DNA of 64,000 nucleotides from Stylophora pistillata (Eukaryota): NCBI RefSeq assembly GCF_002571385.2, contig NW_019217845.1, positions 351,452 to 415,451 of the forward strand, read 5' to 3'. Shown piece by piece: positions 60,563 to 64,000 of this stretch (position 1 is its first letter; each line of letters starts with the position of its first letter). The notes under the pieces were generated by a model. It saw only the letters and a program-made list of their open reading frames with translations, ran no database searches and was not told where the DNA came from. The position numbers and the translations under genes were made by a program.

Positions 60563-61240
60563 TTAGTGTTCCTCGACATAAAGCAATTCATATGTTCCTA
60601 ATGGCATAGACGCATCACACCACTGACAGTTGACTATTCCAACACCACTTGCAGAACTTGAATGAACCCCACTTCCGTCCAAGCGAATGTAACAATGGGG
60701 AAATGAGTAGCAACCATTACTCTCTCGTTTAAGGAAAAATATTTCGTAACTGTGTGCAGTGAACTGACAATTTACTTGATCGCCCCCATCCGTGTCAAAA
60801 TGGCTCATTCCCTGGCTGTCCAAGCGAATGAAAACACTACTGAATAGGAAACTCTGTATCGCAACCTTGAGGTCAGTTTCCGAAGCCAGCGACGGAGGCA
60901 CCTCGACAGGAACAATGTAGAATTTCTCATGTCCCTGGTGGTTTGTACTGGCAGTTAACAGTTCCACCTCCGTGGCCAACCATTCTGTGACTCCTGAGCC
61001 GTCACAGCAAAGGTACACGTCAGGGAATGCAAAAGACCGAATGGTGCTCAACTTCAGGCATTTCATGAATTTCAGAAAGCGGTATATCATCTCAGTCGTA
61101 AATCGCGGAGCAGAGTTGGGGCAGCCGCCACAACTGTGAACGCCGAGGACGGTCCAATATCCATTGTGCCATGTGTAAACTGGGTTTCCACTTTGCCCAC
61201 CCATCGTATCATTGAAGTAAATATTTTGCTGCTGGTATTC
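60563..61240 (-). pseudogene. Decayed intronless gene: C-terminal half of a V8/glutamyl-endopeptidase-like serine protease fused to a fascin-like beta-trefoil triple repeat
   Basis: NDTMGGQSGNPV...VLGVHSCG; three repeats of (Y/F)(L/I)RLDG.G...GG..VNCQ...E.F; compensating frameshifts in repeat 1; 5' end replaced by a repeat-like sequence. Confidence 0.7.
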
Positions 61241-62942
61241 TGGCTTTTCACGTGACGTCACAGATTATGCAAATTTGTTGATCCGCCATGTTGGCGTCCC
61301 TCGAAGATTCCTTAATTTGCTGATAATCTTGCGACCTCGCAATGGATTCTGAACTCGAATCTGTTCCACATAGTTCCTCGCGGCTTGTCTCTCAGATACC
61401 CACAGTTTGTTACGATCGCTCACAATCCACTTGTATGGAGATGAAGTCACTGGATCTACCTACACGCGTTCATCTCTTCCTCAAACACTCTCTGCGTGAG
61501 AAGTACTTCTAACTGCAGGCAACGTCATCATCCTAGCTTGATGTCTGAGCAGAACTGAGAGCTAAGGATGGGCCAATACCGATACCAAATATTCGATACC
61601 AGCGATATCGAGGTCGGATCGAAAGATATCGATAATAGCGAAGAGTATCGATTCTTTCGATACTGCACGTGACCTATCCGCGCTGCAATCTCCCGCGACT
61701 AACCGCTGACAAGTAGCCGAAAAGACTTCGGGCTCGAGATCGTGTATGTGCGCAATTGTGTGCAATGTTGGACTGTCACAGTGAACCGGTCAAAGTGGCG
61801 GTTTCTTCCATTCCCTAGTTCATTTAATGGAACTAACATGAAAGTGTATAAAAAATAAAAAAATCTTGTAAGTTACAATTCTCCTTTTAGGAAAAAATAT
61901 CACTAACCGAAACTACATAATTATATGGCTATGAATAATAAAATTATAATGTGCTCTTTAGGTAGTCTATATCTTACTTTAAGTCTCTTGACAAGGCNNN
62001 NNNNNNNNNNNNNNNNNNNNNNNNNNNNNNNNNNNNNNNNNNNNNNNNNNNNNNNNNNNNNNNNNNNNNNNNNNNNNNNNNNNNNNNNNNNNNNNNNNNN
62101 NNNNNNNNNNNNNNNNNNNNNNNNNNNNNNNNNNNNNNNNNNNNNNNNNNNNNNNNNNNNNNNNNNNNNNNNNNNNNNNNNNNNNNNNNNNNNNNNNNNN
62201 NNNNNNNNNNNNNNNNNNNNNNNNNNNNNNNNNNNNNNNNNNNNNNNNNNNNNNNNNNNNNNNNNNNNNNNNNNNNNNNNNNNNNNNNNNNNNNNNNNNN
62301 NNNNNNNNNNNNNNNNNNNNNNNNNNNNNNNNNNNNNNNNNNNNNNNNNNNNNNNNNNNNNNNNNNNNNNNNNNNNNNNNNNNNNNNNNNNNNNNNNNNN
62401 NNNNNNNNNNNNNNNNNNNNNNNNNNNNNNNNNNNNNNNNNNNNNNNNNNNNNNNNNNNNNNNNNNNNNNNNNNNNNNNNNNNNNNGCATCAGCCTCAAT
62501 CTTTGAAAAATGAACGGCTTGGTAGCCACTCCCTCCCCCAAGTAACAGGGACCGTTGGGTCCCAGTCTTTTATGAATGATGAATGTTGACATGAAAGTTG
62601 AATTGATAATAATCATCCTTTGGCACGCATGTAGAAGTTCAGTTCGAGGAATGAATGTTAGCGTGAACGACGAATTGTCTTGAATATTGAATGTTCGCTT
62701 GAATGTTAAACGTTTCCGTATGAATGTCGAATGTCGATCTGGGTCCTATATTGAACCAATAATGAAGCTTTGAACAACGAATGTCGATGTACATTTTTGT
62801 CCGTAAATACGCGCCATACGAAATACCATATGCCCATCGAGTCAACTGATGGTATGTACTTCATGTAAGGCTACAGTTATGTCATATCCTGCGGCCTGAC
62901 ACATGCGCAGGGTGGTTCTGTCTACACACCTCGCTGAGCAAA

Positions 62943-63103
62943 ATGGACGAAACTACTGTGATTTACTACGTCGACAATGAAGATATGCCGTACCGTGTAA
63001 AGCTGCTTAAAAGTCCTTCAGAAGCAACTCTTTTGGATTTAAAAAATGTACTCAATCGGCAGAGTTACAAGTTCTTTTTCAAAAGTAGGGATGATGATTT
63101 CGG
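62943..63103 (+). CDS. DVL: Dishevelled-like DIX-domain gene, exon 1 (continues beyond the window)
   Basis: MDETTVIYYVDNEDMPYRVKLLKSPSEATLLDLKNVLNRQSYKFFFKSRDDDFG|gtgagt, with the conserved first-intron position after DFG. Not in the ORF track (<60 aa). Confidence 0.85.
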
Positions 63104-63196
63104 GTGAGTTGATGTGTACCTCCTGTACGCTTTATGTAGATTTCTTTCTTAGCAGTGTTTACGTTGTCTTCCTCGCCCCAAAGTCATGATTTCGTA

Positions 63197-64000
63197 CACT
63201 ACGGCTTTTCCGTTAAACGGGTAAAAATAAACGGTTTGTAAACGGATAGTAAACGGGTAGTAAGAGCGTTTAAGGCAGAAACCGTTGCGACCAATTATAC
63301 GAATTGTTCATGCGGAACACTGACATTTCATGCTAATAATATTCGACTGACAACGATAGAAAACTAAGTAAAATTAAATTACTAGCCTGCAATTAAGCTA
63401 TCCACTGGCGAGTGAAGCGAGCCGAGAGCGAGTCTCGCCTTGGAGAGCTCGCAATGCGTTTGAAAATTTATATAAGCAGAGGAAGCAATCTGTGAATCAT
63501 ACCATGAGGACTGAACATTCTCGATAGAAAGAAAATAGAGTTGAGGAGCAAAGACGTTTTTTTTTTTTCATGTTCCTACATTGTTTCCTCTACTTATTGA
63601 CTGAAATGAAAACGCACTATCAAGTGAAAAACGTGAAGAAATGCCGCTGATTTTGTAGATTTCAACGTCGGTTAATCGAAACAATTTTGCATACGCATTT
63701 AACAAAACTCAACTTTCTTTCGCTCGTGTTTCATCTAGCATTCGATTTCGTAAAGTAATGTGTAATTACAGCTTTTATAAAGCAATTTCCGTTTCCTTTC
63801 AATCGATGGAAATAAAAGATGAGAAACTCGATAGCCACGGATTTTGTAAATTTTGCCGTACACGTCAATCGAAATAAATTTGCATAATCATGAAAACAAA
63901 TCTCGCTCTCGTTAAACGGATGTATTTTATTTTAAACGGATAGGTTAACCGTTTAAATGTTTTGTCGAAAACGTTAAACGGATGAGCAAAGCGTTTAAAC
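63197..64000. repeat. Probable DNA-transposon remnant with clustered TAAACGG sub-repeats
   Basis: Begins CACTACGG; many (T)AAACGG(A/G)T copies at 63210-63260 and 63910-64000. Confidence 0.4.

Overview
AT-rich, intron-rich animal genomic DNA with two assembly gaps (about 6993-7461 and 61998-62486). The repeat families suggest a cnidarian, probably a stony coral; this is an inference. Genes in order: 3' end of TTC28 (+), moonraker/KIAA0753 (-), CCDC74 (-), TADA2A (-), an unannotated ~167-aa coiled-coil gene apparently containing a U12-type AT-AC intron (-), an LRRC74-like LRR plus EF-hand gene (-), CHCHD2/10 (+) and a tandem paralog that has lost one CX9C cysteine (+), a decayed intronless V8-like protease plus fascin-like beta-trefoil pseudogene (-), and the first exon of a divergent Dishevelled/DIX gene (+). 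Introns and intergenic DNA hold Penelope-like fragments with minimal hammerhead-ribozyme motifs, tRNA-derived SINEs, a LINE 3' end, a Harbinger derivative with a dead MADF ORF, many MITEs (some nested), a ~243-bp double-hairpin tandem array and a 27-bp minisatellite. Gene identities come from recalled motif similarity, not database searches, and exon boundaries were read by eye.
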